From positions 4,464,001 to 4,528,000 of the forward strand of contig NC_045138.2 in NCBI RefSeq assembly GCF_008831285.2: DNA of 64,000 nt. Reading direction: 5' to 3'. Each line of letters opens with the position of its first letter. Within the stretch, counting starts at the first letter, position 1. This DNA is from Nymphaea colorata (lineage: Eukaryota). Under the pieces are notes generated by a model that saw only the letters and a program-made list of their open reading frames with translations, did not search any database and was not told the origin of the DNA. A program made the position numbers and the translations under genes. Positions 36,254-55,103 of the stretch are shown in pieces.

Positions 36254-38746
36254 CGTGGAGTGAGCGAATGGTGACTCTGACTTTTTAAAGTCATTGACAA
36301 ACACGTCCCTTTCTTTTCTGGGGAGACTTTATCTCTGTAAACTGTCATTCAATGAGAGTTATTAGATCTATTCTGATGCATGATTAAGAAAAAAATAAAA
36401 GAGAAAAAATGTATGAATTAATACTACTTACAAAAAATACCACATTACATTTTCTTCTTATTTTTGAAACTATTTTTGTTTCAATTGTTCATGGCGATGG
36501 ATCAACCAATCCTTATGAGTGAACTTAGGTAACTTTCGATACCCAAGATCACCATTCAATTTTCTTATATATCTATGACAATAATTTTTTTTCCCCACTA
36601 TTGAATTCGATTTCAGTATGATTTTATTGTCATGTTTAGCTCATCAAGATAAACTTCTATTGTTATAAATTAATTTAAATCTTTCCATATCATCTTCATC
36701 TTATCTTTAAAAAACATCATATTATCTCTAAAAAACTTAAATGGAAAGAGGAAGAGTCCTCACGCTTCTCTCTTATACCCATGAGACAATGCCTTCACTC
36801 TCTTCCCTTTTATATCCACAAAACAAAAATTGTCATTCTATTAAGATAAAAAGCTTATTTTTGCTAATATAGAAAACATTTTCCATTTAACACGAGGGGC
36901 ATTTAGGTAATTTTAAAAAAATAGTTTGCGCTTCTAGAAGGGGGTTTCTGTTTAAACAATAGGGACAAAATTTTGAGTGCATAAAACAAAGGGCCATTTG
37001 ATAATTTCAGACGGAAATGCAGTGCTTCTGAAAATATATAAAAGTAATGGGTGCATATGGAAATATCCGTTGGTAGGGCAGTGACGTTGGTTCAATCCCT
37101 TCCACAAAAGCAGGGTGGTTGAGAATTCCTCTCAATTTTTCTTTTTCTTTTTATTAAATAAATATTTGTTCTCGACTTGTGCCAGACATGAATGGGCTTT
37201 CACGTTTCCCAAATCTCCAAACTGGGCTCGTACAATTCCTACAATGACAAACATGTCCTCCTGCCTGTCTCGATCTTCTTGACCCAGTTGACAGACGACT
37301 AGGCTCCATTTAATGCGATCGTGTTGACTCAACCGAGTTAAACTTCGTCTCTCCTGTTGCCATCTCGAGTATTTGACCGATCGATATGAATAGACATCTA
37401 GAAACCCCGGACCGGAGCATTTATTTCTTATATTATTATCTTTGTTCTTGCCTTGCACAAAACGTTTTGCCAACTTGCATTCAAAAAATGGAAAGCAGAT
37501 CCACAAAATCAGGTTTAAGATTCTTGATTTAAATTGATCAATCCTAATTCACCATTGTACAAGTGAATATGAATGCATAATTTCATAATGTGGCTCCAAT
37601 GATAGATATTTGGTCGACTAAGAACCAATCTCCCAGCAGTTTTGCATTAGAAGTAAGGAAGTACAGCCAGTCTAAGTTTTGCATCGAAGACGGGCTCGAC
37701 TTAGCCTTATGGAAGGCCAATCTTGGCTGAACCACGTCGACTTCGCAGTGCTCGACCAAGCTCGAGCCGGCGCGTGCACCATCTAAGTCCAAAAGTGAGC
37801 TGCATGTTAAAAAGTGTGAGAAAGAATCAAAGTGCATTCAAACACTTAAATGGGTCCGGCCAAGGGCTCAAGAGTCAAGTCCCAGCCACCGGAAAAGACC
37901 ATGCCACCCTAAATTTTGACAAACACGTCCTTTTTTTTTCTGGGAGACTTTATGTCTATGAACTGAAAACTAGTAAATTATCAAAAGAAGACAACAAAGC
38001 TGAGATACACGGAGGGAGCTTTTAAAAGAAAAAATTACAAACATCTGCTTAAATTTTGTATATTTATAAATAACAACTTTACATTTGAAAACATTACAGA
38101 TTACTGTTTTATTTATTGAGGGATTCACCGGAAGGCATGAGATTGGGACAATACCCTGACACCTTTTTAACATCGTAATATGGTGCGTAACTTTATATTT
38201 TATTAAGGTTAGGTATTGGGTTGTTCCTTGTTATATATTATTTTATATTTTAAAAATATTTTTTTTTATTTTAAACGGGAGCTCGGATTTTATGAGTCGG
38301 ATTAGGCGCGTAGTTACTAGTTGTAACCCATGCTTAGGCCGATATTTTATACAAAAAACGTGAAATTATATTTAGAAAGGCTACGTTATAATAAGAAAGA
38401 CAATTCATTCAAAAACTTAATTTTGTAAACCTTTAAAGTTAATTTCTCGATAATTTTACATCTCATATGCTTTTTTTTTTTTCCTTTCGCCTTTATAGTG
38501 ACTTTTTTTCGTCGTCGCAAATATATGGCTTGCAAGAAACTCTCATATGAAAAATATTTTTATTACAAACAAAATAAATTTTGAAATATTTTTCGATATT
38601 TAACGCCTTCTGCAAAACTTATTTTATAACTCAAATCGTTGGTTCTTAGAATTTCACAATCGTAGAGGCCTTGTTCTTTGTAAACGCATAAAAGTAAAAA
38701 AAATCGGCGGTTTTCTACGAACGATTTTAGAGAAGGGAGCCAAAAA

Positions 38747-38798
38747 CACGTGTATGGCTGCCCCAAAAATCTATAAAACAGCATCAAGATCACGTGAT
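38747..38798 (+). promoter_or_regulatory. ALDH3 core promoter: G-box/ABRE, TATA, G-box
   Basis: CACGTG 38747-38752, TATAAAA 38772-38778 and CACGTG 38791-38796, ~150-190 nt upstream of the ATG. Confidence 0.55.
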
Positions 38799-38939
38799 TG
38801 CAGATTGAATTTGGTCTTCCTTCCGAAGAGCACTTCCTCCAGAGCTCGGTTGCGGCAGTTTTCTCTTTGTTGGGTTTTTGGTGTTTGTTGGTGCTTCTCT
38901 ATTGGTGGCTCTGGTTTGTGACCACTTTCCTTCGGTTCT

Positions 38940-44456
<5,517 letters not shown>

Positions 44457-44898
44457 GAAGCCCTTCCAGCAGCTCTATAATTCTACACCGTCATGCTGCT
44501 TGCATGGCTTTCATTATTTGTATGACAAAAATTGAAGGGACGTGCCAGTTCCTTTCAATTTCTTTTCTTATTCTTAATGCATAGTAAATATCTCGCCGGT
44601 CTCTGTCTTTGATGTATATGGCTCTTATACAAGTCACTATCATTATCATCTTCATCATCATCATCAAGCATTATCCTAATTACCTTCAATGGGCTCTATT
44701 GAATCTTGTATCCTTCCTTTTTATCTAAAGCGTCATGGCCATGTTGACGGTGTTATGTTGATACTCCATGGCGTTAAACATGTAATCCAGAAAATGGCAT
44801 CAATGAGTTTTTTGCTTTCCCATCAAGTTAAATGGAACAAATACATTGCATATTTGTATGTTTGCAAAGTCAGGCAGGGTATGAAGGAAAAAAAAGAA

Positions 44899-45400
44899 AA
44901 AAAGAAAAAAAAATCAAATCGCTCATAGTAGTCCTCCGAACGTGGCCAACACCAAAGTCGAGGTTAATCATTTTAGAAAAAATATTAAAAACAAACAATA
45001 GCAAGCATACCAAGAATATTAAAAACCTGGCTGTCACCAAAAGCATCACAAACTCATGGCGCTTGAATATTTAATTATTTGCCAACATCTAACAACTGGC
45101 TGATTTCAACTCTTCGGCTTCTATGAATTCAAATATGATTCAATGAATATTTAACTCTGTCAACATGTAACAACTAGCTGATTTCAATTATTTGGCTTCT
45201 ATGAAATCAAATATGATTTAGAATTTAATATTTACAATATTGACATCAAATAGAAATTAAATATATTGCACGTTCATATGTTTACAAAGTTTAGGCCATC
45301 CAGAAAAAGAAAAAAAAAAGCTTCACATGGCTCATTGTAGTCCTTCCGATGTTGCGAATGCCAAAGTCCAGTTAATCATTTTAGAAAAGATTATAAAAAA
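44899..45400. repeat. Local duplications downstream of ALDH
   Basis: 45064-45140 resembles 45144-45219 (tandem); ~44899-44990 resembles ~45306-45400 (GCTCAT.GTAGTCCT...CCAAAGTC...GTTAATCATTTTAGAAAA). Confidence 0.8.
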
Positions 45401-45692
45401 ACCAATCAGTATCAACCGTACCAAATGAACCAGAATTGGCTTTCTTTAAATGATTTCACTTAAATGGTTTTACTTTTAAAAAGAAAAATGTTAAAAAACT
45501 GTTATTATAAATTTATATGGAATCGGCAGAATCTACTGATTCTGGCGACATCCAGATAGATTTCAAAGCCTTGTATTAGCTCCTGGGCTATCTAGTTTCT
45601 TGATATTGGAAAGCATCTGGCAAATACATTTGTAATCAAAATCAATTTCAGTGTTTCCATTGTTCAAAAATGGATCAAAGATCTCTCAGAAT

Positions 45693-46116
45693 TAGGTGTA
45701 AATATATCTGGGTTGGATCTGATATCCAGCCCAATCATTCCAAAAAGATCGGACATAGGAAAAAGTTCAATGTCCAACTAATGAATCGGATCGGATTCAG
45801 CATTAATAAATAACATCGATTGGATTCAGAGATACAAATATCCGATCAAATTTTGGATCAGATTTAGTTTAAAATAAATATCTTAGATCCAATGCCATAT
45901 GTTTTGAAAATTGGCCAGATTTGGTTCAAAATTCGGACTCAGATTCAGATGTAAGTGTAAAAATCAAATTCAGATTGGATTCAGATTGTGAGATGGGATT
46001 TCAGATTTGGATATAACTTTTCTTCATTCATATTTAAATCTGAATATATAAATATCCGAAAAAATGCATATGGTTAAGTGCATATCCAATTCAGATCTGA
46101 TCCATTGACATCCTTA
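45693..46116. mobile_element. hAT-like MITE, TCGGAT family
   Basis: TAGGTGTAAAT...GATCCATTGACATCCTTA; interior colinear with 28110-28474. Confidence 0.65.
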
Positions 46117-48240
46117 CTAGAATAGTTGATTGTCAAATGAATCAATAGTTACTCGCAAAACCAGTCTCATTTTGCATGAATTTGTTGGAGAAGCTTCCGT
46201 CTTTACCTTTGGTATGGACATGTTAGGAATCAGATTAGGATTCTGATAGAGAGTAGCAATCATCATTCAGATAGAGAGTAGCAATCATCGCGACTTATTG
46301 ATTAGACATTCTCCAAATGAGTCAAATTCAGTAATTCATTACGAAATTCAAAACCATAATTGAACTTTTACATGTCAATAGATGTTGTCTGACAAAATTA
46401 GATATATATTAATTCAATTCAACAAGAAATCTGTTCTGAAATCAGTGTCGATTACTAGGCAACTTGAATGTGTTGCTGAATTCAACCGATCAAGTCCAGA
46501 TTCGAAACAGATAACAACGGATTTGATTAAAATTGATTTTGACTACCAAGTAGACATGAATTTGTTGCCAACTTAAACCGATCAAATCATGCTTCGAATC
46601 AGATGTCATATAATATCTGAACGTTGGTATCCTTTCCTCAGGTGCAAACACTCCTGTCCTTGGCCTACCATTTTGCCGTCATCCCATCTGCCAATTCTCA
46701 ATTTCTGCCTCGTAACATCTTTTGGGGATTAATGACATGTTAAAGCAACACCATAATCATCTCCCACATTTCCATTGTGGATCTCAACTTTTCTGTTTTT
46801 TATGTTTTTCTAACTTTTTAATTAGTCATTTTGATATACTGATTCAAAAGCTAGAGAGTCCTAGACTGCGTTATCCGATTCTGTTTTTCTTCCTTTTTTC
46901 TTATTTACTTCCTAACTGAAGTTAACACCAATGACAAGAAAAAATTCACAAGTTTGATTCTACACAGGGTTACCCACAAGCCAGATACAACCTATCACAT
47001 AAACTTGCCCCAGGGAACTTACAAAACGATATCAACACACGTTCAACAATTTGAAAATTTACCGAAATCAGTTAACTTGTTAAAACATGTCCCGGATGAG
47101 ACAATTTTCATATTCCGCTTTGCTCTTACAGCATGTAGACAATGATTTATGGAGCAAACTAAATTTTAATATGAACAAAAACCAAGATCTTTACAAAGTG
47201 GTCCATTGCAAAGACAAGGATCAGATTAAGCAGTAAGCCCCTCCAAATATGTCTTCCTGGAATGTTAACATCCCATACGAGCAGACCTCCACATATTAGT
47301 GGAAAGAACCTGCTCACAATCTCGGATCCACATCCCAGGCTAAAGCCCATCCACATACAAAAATCTGCAAGGACATGATATTCATTCTAAAAAGAAAAAA
47401 TAGATGATAACTAAGCTTCTTCTTTTTACAATAATTTGGCTGCTTGCGTGTATCATGTATCATTTACATAAAAGGAAACAAGAAAATGACAGAAACCCCT
47501 ATAGACAGGAGTAACAGCCTGCAAAATTTCAACTGGTGTCGGCTTCTCAAAAGGAGCATCTACTCTAGGCATAAGGTGGATTGAAGCCATACTGACGATT
47601 ATGATTGGACAATATCACCCTCCTTGCCACAGCACATACCTGTGTGAGCAACAAAGATCACATAGAATCAGACAGAGTACCAACCTCTTTCATGGTTATC
47701 AACCTGAAAGGGCATAGCATGTACCATGAATCGATACATAGAATATGCATAACAAACTATTGTTATCTGGCTAGTGCCACAGATATGATGGAATCTTTAA
47801 AATTGTGCACTTCAACTACAATGTCTGTGTGAACTAACGTTAAGATTTTCTGGAATACACTACGTGAGAGATACCACCTAGATCTTGGTCCTTAGGACAT
47901 GGTTTCTGCCATGATGAACTGTATTTACTAGGTATAATCAGGTCACAAATTGTTTATATGAAAACGCCAACGTATTGAAGCACTGATAGTAGAAATTAGA
48001 AAGATGAACATGTTCATTTTTTTTATTAACCTACAACTTTCCAGCAAGAAAGAACCATATCATGTGAAATGAACAGTACCAATTGTGAGGAACATGGGAG
48101 CATCTTAAGCAACAATCACCAAGATTCATGAGAAAGCTAGAACCTTGCCACTCAAGTTGTACCAATAGCGATCATCTAGACAGAGTCTTCTAGATTCTTG
48201 AAGACTGATGTCATACTAGCTGCACTCAATTTACATGAAG

Positions 48241-51200
48241 TCAGGCACGAGCTCGAGAGGACCAGACAGCAAAGAGAGACCAGAAGACAAATAAAATTGC
48301 ACAATGACATGCTGGTCCATACTTGACTCTTGGTAACACTACCTGCAAGTTCAAGGTCCTCAGATCAAAGACAGAAGTGACACTCCTCACCCTGCCAGAG
48401 TAAAGGTGAATGGGAGAAAACACATCATCAGATGGAAAGAAACAACAGAGGATGAGATCGAAGCAAAGTTTGAGTTCAACCTAAAACACTAAAAAGGTAA
48501 TTAGAAATTGGCAGGCAATTACGAACAAAAAATTTGGCAGTGCTTGCCAATCAAAGTTGAGGAATACCCACATATGAAACACTACATTGACTAATGGGCA
48601 AATGCGATGTTTCCATTGTCATGCATAGCTAATTGAAAGTTATGCCATTGACATGCATGAGATAAATTTTATGGCAGGACATAGTAGGAAAACCTGATCA
48701 CGCATAGGCCTCCTGAGATAATGGATCTAATTCCAGCACAACCTGGAGTACTGATCCCTAAAACTAGTTATAATACCATTACCATAATTTCGTGTTAATA
48801 TCCTAAAAAGAGGCAACAAACTACCAATGTCCTTCGCCATTTTGTAACCAATTTTTTATCGGAATAATAACAGCTAGTTGCAGTATGCATGAGAAAAGGT
48901 ATTAGATTACAGGTCACGTATTTGACAAGACCATCCACAGATGGATCAGAGAACCCCTACAGGTACAATAAGAGTAGATAGAATATATCTAGATAATGGA
49001 TGAGGGAATAGTTAAATGAAAAGAATAAGAAAAAGTCTAACAAGGAAAGGCAAGTGCAAAATAAGATGAATAAGCAAGCAAAGTTTGATGATTCAGGAAG
49101 ATCTACACCCTGTATGATAAGCAAAACGTTGTACACACACTTAATGTATCAGGTGATGGTGAAACAACGCATGTGAAAAAGGGGCAATAACCATTAGAAC
49201 AATATAAAAAAAAATGGAAAAAAGATAAAAGCAAGTTATGGACAATAACAAAGCGAAGATTCCAAATTGACCAAATCATCGGAAAATCATTGCAGACACT
49301 GCAAGAATAAGATGCCCACAGTGCTCTAAGCTTAGAGGAAGACTAAGGTCAAATCTACAACTGGCACCAAACAACCTGAAAGCATCAAATCACAATTAAG
49401 GCACTGAAGTGCAGAAGGTTGTCGTATTTATAAAAACCTCTCTATGCGCGCGCCGCCCCCCCCCCCCCCCCCCCCACTCACACCCAAAAAAAAAAAGAAA
49501 AAGTGAGAAACCCTGACTCCTTCCAGTTAAAGAGAATAGAAATAACAATGAAAGCACAGATTAAGTAATAGGAGGACAATGTAAAGGAAAGACTTAGTAA
49601 GATTAAACAGTGTGCGGCACTAGGCAGAAAAGGGGAAATAAAGCTTGCAAGGTCTCCCCAGAAGATGATGAGGCATGATGATGAGAATCACACGACTACA
49701 GTTAAGCTACTTGATTTTTGTGATCTAAATACTTTTCATATAATTACCAGCTAGGTAAATCACAACTAGGACAGACTTAACAACAATAGTTACTTATCTA
49801 GCAATGAAGTCCTATATGCAGTACATAGTTCAGTATAGTGAACCGCTGCTAAGGGGTGGTTTACTAGTGGCTTAAACGATCGTTTCAAACTCTTCAATCA
49901 TTTGGGAAAGGAGAAATGACATGAAGAACTGTTTCATGGCACATTGAATTTTGTAAAAAGCCAATAAACCAAGGTGAGTAAACAAACTAAAAGTAATAAA
50001 CTCAAAAAGGAATATCAAAATGTACAATGGTATCCAAACACCAACAAGTAAAGTGACAGAACACAGGATTCCTGCAGGCTCCTTTTCGCTAAAGGATTCT
50101 TGATGCATTCTGCTTTCCAATTCATCGTAAGTGGGATTTGGGATTCTGACCTACTCTACTTGACCCTGTTAACCATGGGTTTTCTGAACAAAAATTGAAA
50201 TGCATCATTATTTTGAGAGTATGACCTTCAAGAAGTGAAGCCACCGGACAGTGAGGCAAAAAACAAAATACAGAACGAGGGAGTCACAGAGGAACAAAAT
50301 TATTAAACAAAGGAGGAATAAGCTTTACAAAGCCATTCTTCTTAAGACCGGGTAATGCATAACAAAAAAGACTACAACTTAGATTAAATGTTTTTAGAAC
50401 TATTTTTATTTATTCCCCAAATCTGCAGACTTCATGTAACATGGATTATCGCATAATACCAATAGGACATGAAACCACATAAAATTGCAAATAAAAGGGG
50501 GTAAGCTAGGCTAGCTAGCAATGAGATTTCATAGGCAAGTTACCATTATTCCTAAGTCATAAACCACCATTCTTGCTTCTTCAGTTTTATTTTTTTGATT
50601 CCTTTCTTTTCTCTAAGAACGTGTATGTGCATGAAAACATGCACAGAGCCATAGATACATGCACGTGATTAAACATAAAAGGCAACAAAAACCAGCACTT
50701 GAACCAGCACAAACTCTATCAAAAATAAATTCACAGGAACTTTTCTACTTACAAATCGAAGGAACACGACAATGGTCAAGGCGCAAAGCCCTCCCAGGAA
50801 AATGTGGAGGCCACTTCTAGCAGTTTTCTGTCAAACAAAGTTATTAAGAAGATCTCAGAATATATGAAATATTAAAAGGAAAGAATAATTCTTTAGTGGG
50901 ACACAAACAGAATGCTCTTTTAACCAATGATTTTTTTATTTTTTTTTTACAAAGCAAGGAAAACAAATAGAAGACAAAAAATTATTACAGCAAAAATAAA
51001 AAAGGGCAACAATGCCCCGTTGAAAGGTCTGGGCAAGAAAACCAATTCAGCTTCACATGGCTCAACTTTGATTTACTCCTATCTAACAATCATCTCTTGT
51101 ATGGCCATTATACCAGCTAAGAAGGCACGTCATAATCAGTTTAGAGTGACACACGTCCACCTATATTCTTTGCAGATAAAATTTCATAAATCTCGTACAT

Positions 51201-52214
51201 AAGAGATGCTGATGAACAAATGAAAAACTTACAGACTTAAGCATGCTAATGGCTCAAAAGAAGGACCTAAGATTTCAATCATCATAAAAGCTTAGATACC
51301 TTTCCAATGCGAGGTGCAATAAGCCATGCAAGGGTTATCGTGAGCAGTCCGGTGGCTACTAGTATCCCAGCACTTTCTACAGCCCATTTGGTGGCACGGT
51401 TCACATTGGAGCTAGTTTCCTCAGCAGGAATGGTGGAAGCTTGATCAATGGTGCCTTGTGACAATGTAGTGAAATGGTTCTGTGGATTAAACCACAAAGA
51501 GATCTCAGTAAGTCTCAGCAATCGAATAGCAGCGACTGCATCAGGATCCGCACGTGGATTTGACTGCATATGTACAGGAGTAAGTTCTCCAGCAGCAGTT
51601 CTTTCTCTTAAGCTCTCGCATTCCTTTAACAAAAATATAACCTTATGGAAATCTGCTGTCCTAATATTTGTTGCTATGCTTCCACAAATTTCACAGACAG
51701 TGGATCCATGATTGATGAACCACTTAAGTGCACAAGCATAATGTACAAGAGCAAGATCATTCTTGCATGAACATCCAAGATTAATCAGCGCATCATGATA
51801 ATGGTAGGACCCAGCTTCCAAACCTGCACTACAGATAAAAACTTCACCTTCAGGACTCACAAACTTAAGAAAAGTAGGCTCCGTTTCAGAGTCCTTCGGA
51901 TCACCAACGCCATCATGAGCATTTCTCGTATTATCTTTATGTCCTGAGCTATTTTCCCCGACACCTTGTGAATCAGCATCTATAGGGGGAATGATGTTCA
52001 GGAAAACTAGTGCAGCATCTCCCCTTCTATCAGGCTCAGCAGATTGACAAACACGACAAATTTCTGACGATTCTTCCTCGTCTGCACCTTCATAAGATGT
52101 AGAGGTGGTCTCCTGGCTCTCCTCCTTTTCGGCTTCAGAAATTGAAGTTGTTTTACAGTCCTCAGTTCCAGATTCGCAAGATTGAACATGGTCTTCTTGC
52201 ACAACCATTATCAT
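48241..52214 (-). CDS. Membrane-anchored RING-CH (C4HC3/RINGv) E3 ubiquitin ligase, resembling the Arabidopsis SHA1 type, ~363 aa
   Basis: GT-AG phase-0 exons 52214-51300, 50827-50753, 48342-48241 (1092 nt). CRVC...LGCSCKNDLALVHYACALKWFINHGSTVCEIC, followed by three hydrophobic segments (GILVATGLLTITLAWLIA; LHIFLGGLCALTIVVFL; AILFVFWSLFAVW). The SHA1 link is from memory only. Confidence 0.9.
49456..49475. repeat. C20 homopolymer
   Basis: Twenty consecutive C, preceded by GCGCGCGCCG and followed by an A tract. Confidence 0.9.
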
Positions 52215-52887
52215 ATGAAAATCTCCGCCCCGATTTTACGCTTATTTAAAACACAAAATTTCTAACATAAACTGCCGAAAGTGTTTCAAACAACAAAAAC
52301 AACGTAATTCTTCAACGCACTAGAGTTGCCGTAACATTTTGAATTGGATAGACAGATAAAGCCCCCAAAAGCCATAAAGTTGGTGATCAAAACAGTAAGA
52401 ATAAGCAAAGCCATGGAACCAGCTTTATCTACAGAGGCGGCTCAGCGAAATCAAGAAAACTCAATGGCTCGTTATTAAACTATTGCAGCGCTTGAGGCAT
52501 TCTGCAGTGATAAAAAACTGGCTCGAACAGAGAGATGCCACTGTTATATGGCGACCAGCATCTGCATTAGAAATAAGACGATCTCTAAGACGGAAATTAA
52601 GATTTACGAATTCCACCAACCAAGAGATATTCAGTCTCCTTTGTTGCTGAAAACTCAAATATCACCAGCGAACTAGTTTGGCAAGTTTGGTACAAAGATA
52701 AGCAACATAATATTCAGACACCGGATTCTATATCGATCAAAGTCTCCCACCCATATGCACATACAAATCAAACCCAAATAACTAAAGCAGGAAAGGAAGA
52801 AGATTGTGGTTACCCGATAAGAATAAATGAACAAATCCACCAAACGCTTCATACCAGACCGACTACCGAGACAATAAAAACAAAGAA

Positions 52888-52987
<100 letters not shown>

Positions 52988-55042
52988 CTTTATAAACTAA
53001 GAAAGAGAGATCAAAATCCACGATTACGATTTAGGGGTGCATCTTTCCACATTCAGGACCACGTGTTGTGATCAAAATCATCTTCAGAAATCGTTTTGTT
53101 TAACTATTCACATCAATGACAAGCAGAAGACACTGAGTTCCGACGCCAGTCTCGCTAAACAACCAAAAAGGACATGTCCACCAAATTGAAACTCAAATTC
53201 TTTAATCCGCATCCCAATCCCAACACCCGCAAAAGGCTCCCAAAACTCCACCAGTTTCCACGGAAGGACGTCACACAAGAAGGAAAAGTGCAAGAAAACC
53301 AACCTGCCGGTCATTCATGTTGCCACAAAATTCCACTCCGAAACAGGCACGGAACTAGTGAGAATCGGGCGAACATACTAAAGAAAATGGAAACAGGGGA
53401 ATCCATGGGACGACGCTGACGACGAGAATGTTGACAAACATTTGCTAAGCACCAAGTACCGGTGCCACGACGCGTTGACGAGATTATCTCGCTCTTGGCA
53501 CCATGAGGATCGTAGTTGTCTGTAAATACGCCTTGGAAGATGGTTTCGTCAGGACATGAATTTGTTCTAGTCGGTGGAGTAGGTAACGTTGGTGGTACCT
53601 TTGATGCTTTTGTTTTAATTTGGTATTATATTTAACAAAAAAAAGTGTGCATTAGATCACGTGAACTATTCAGTTTATGGTCGGCCATCGTTTCTACTAA
53701 GGTCTGATTTAATCGGAATTTATGTACTGACCAGCATAATAATATCTGATATTTTTATGTAATGAAGACAATTTTTTATTACATATCCATCAGATTTCAA
53801 TCTGATATTCAGATTCAATTATGAAACTATGATATCAGATTCGACTTCACGGTGGGCCTATGAGGTTTTTACGTTGAAAACTTGAACTTTTTATTATCAG
53901 GATCTAGTGCTACCTCCTCTCTTCGACTTCTAAGAATTAATTCATTAATAGGCAATCTGGAGTTTGGCCTACCAGTTTATGCCGAGCAGTTCTGAGCTTC
54001 ACTTCTCAACAAAAAGAATGCAGTTAGAGATTCTATTGCCCAATGCTATACCTTTTTATTGGACATTGAATAAAAAGCATTTCAAATGCCACAAGAGCCC
54101 TCATAAGATGAATTCTAATCAACGCATGCATATAAACTATGAAAGGGGATCAATATAATTTTACCAAGATATTGGAAGGAGGAGAAAGGTTAAAGGAATG
54201 TTATATATATAGAAAGAGAGTGAAAAAGATATAGAAAGAGAAAGAAAGAGATATTGATATGGTTTTTTTTAGAATCGCTCAACCATCTAATCAAATCAGG
54301 AAACATTTTTGTCATGTAGTATTAGTTCATACATTTTCTTTTTCTTTTTTTTCTCAATCATCAATTTTTTTCATATGGGTGGTCAGAATTAAATAGTTGG
54401 GTGACACTGATATCCAAATAGAGTTTGAAAAAAGTTCATACTCGTGAAGGCCTTTTTTAATTTCATTTTCTATTGTCTTTCTATTTGTGCAAAGCTAAAG
54501 CTGGGTGTACTTCTTGAGATTAGAAAATATACAAGATTCTTATCATTGCTCTTGCATGATTCATTTTTATTTCAGTTTTTCACCCACTAAAAATAAAAAA
54601 CTAAATTTTAATTATGTAAGCGACTAGGCTTTAATTATTATGAAAAACAAAAGAACTGTTAAGGGGTCCACAAATCTCTTGAATACTGTACACTTGATTT
54701 GGCTTTAAGAGAGTCTTAAACTTCTAAATGGAAAAGATGAGCTTAAGCCATTGATAGTCTATTTAATGGCTGCCTGTATTTTTTCTAAAAAATCATTTTA
54801 ACATAATATTGCTATTTTTTATATTAATTGATAAAAAATATAAGGTGGAGATGACACTGGAAGCAACTTTAAATAAAACAAATGGCAACCTCTTTGTGAG
54901 GATCTTTTAAAGTGGGTTTTTATCTTCCCCTACCATTTTTTATCAAAATCAACATACCCTTAATCACCCTTTAGCTTTTGCGGCCCTTCAGCAAAACACC
55001 ATTTTTTGCCCTTAAACTGCTTATAGGAGATACAAACGGGTG

Positions 55043-55103
<61 letters not shown>

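Noticed and set aside
37068..37105. tRNA-like TTGGTAGGGCA...GGTTCAATCCC
   Set aside because: No anticodon arm or acceptor stem; at most a decayed fragment.
49872..50120. Hydrophobic 82-aa ORF in RING-CH intron 2
   Set aside because: T-rich intron bias, TTG start, and not needed for the spliced reading frame.
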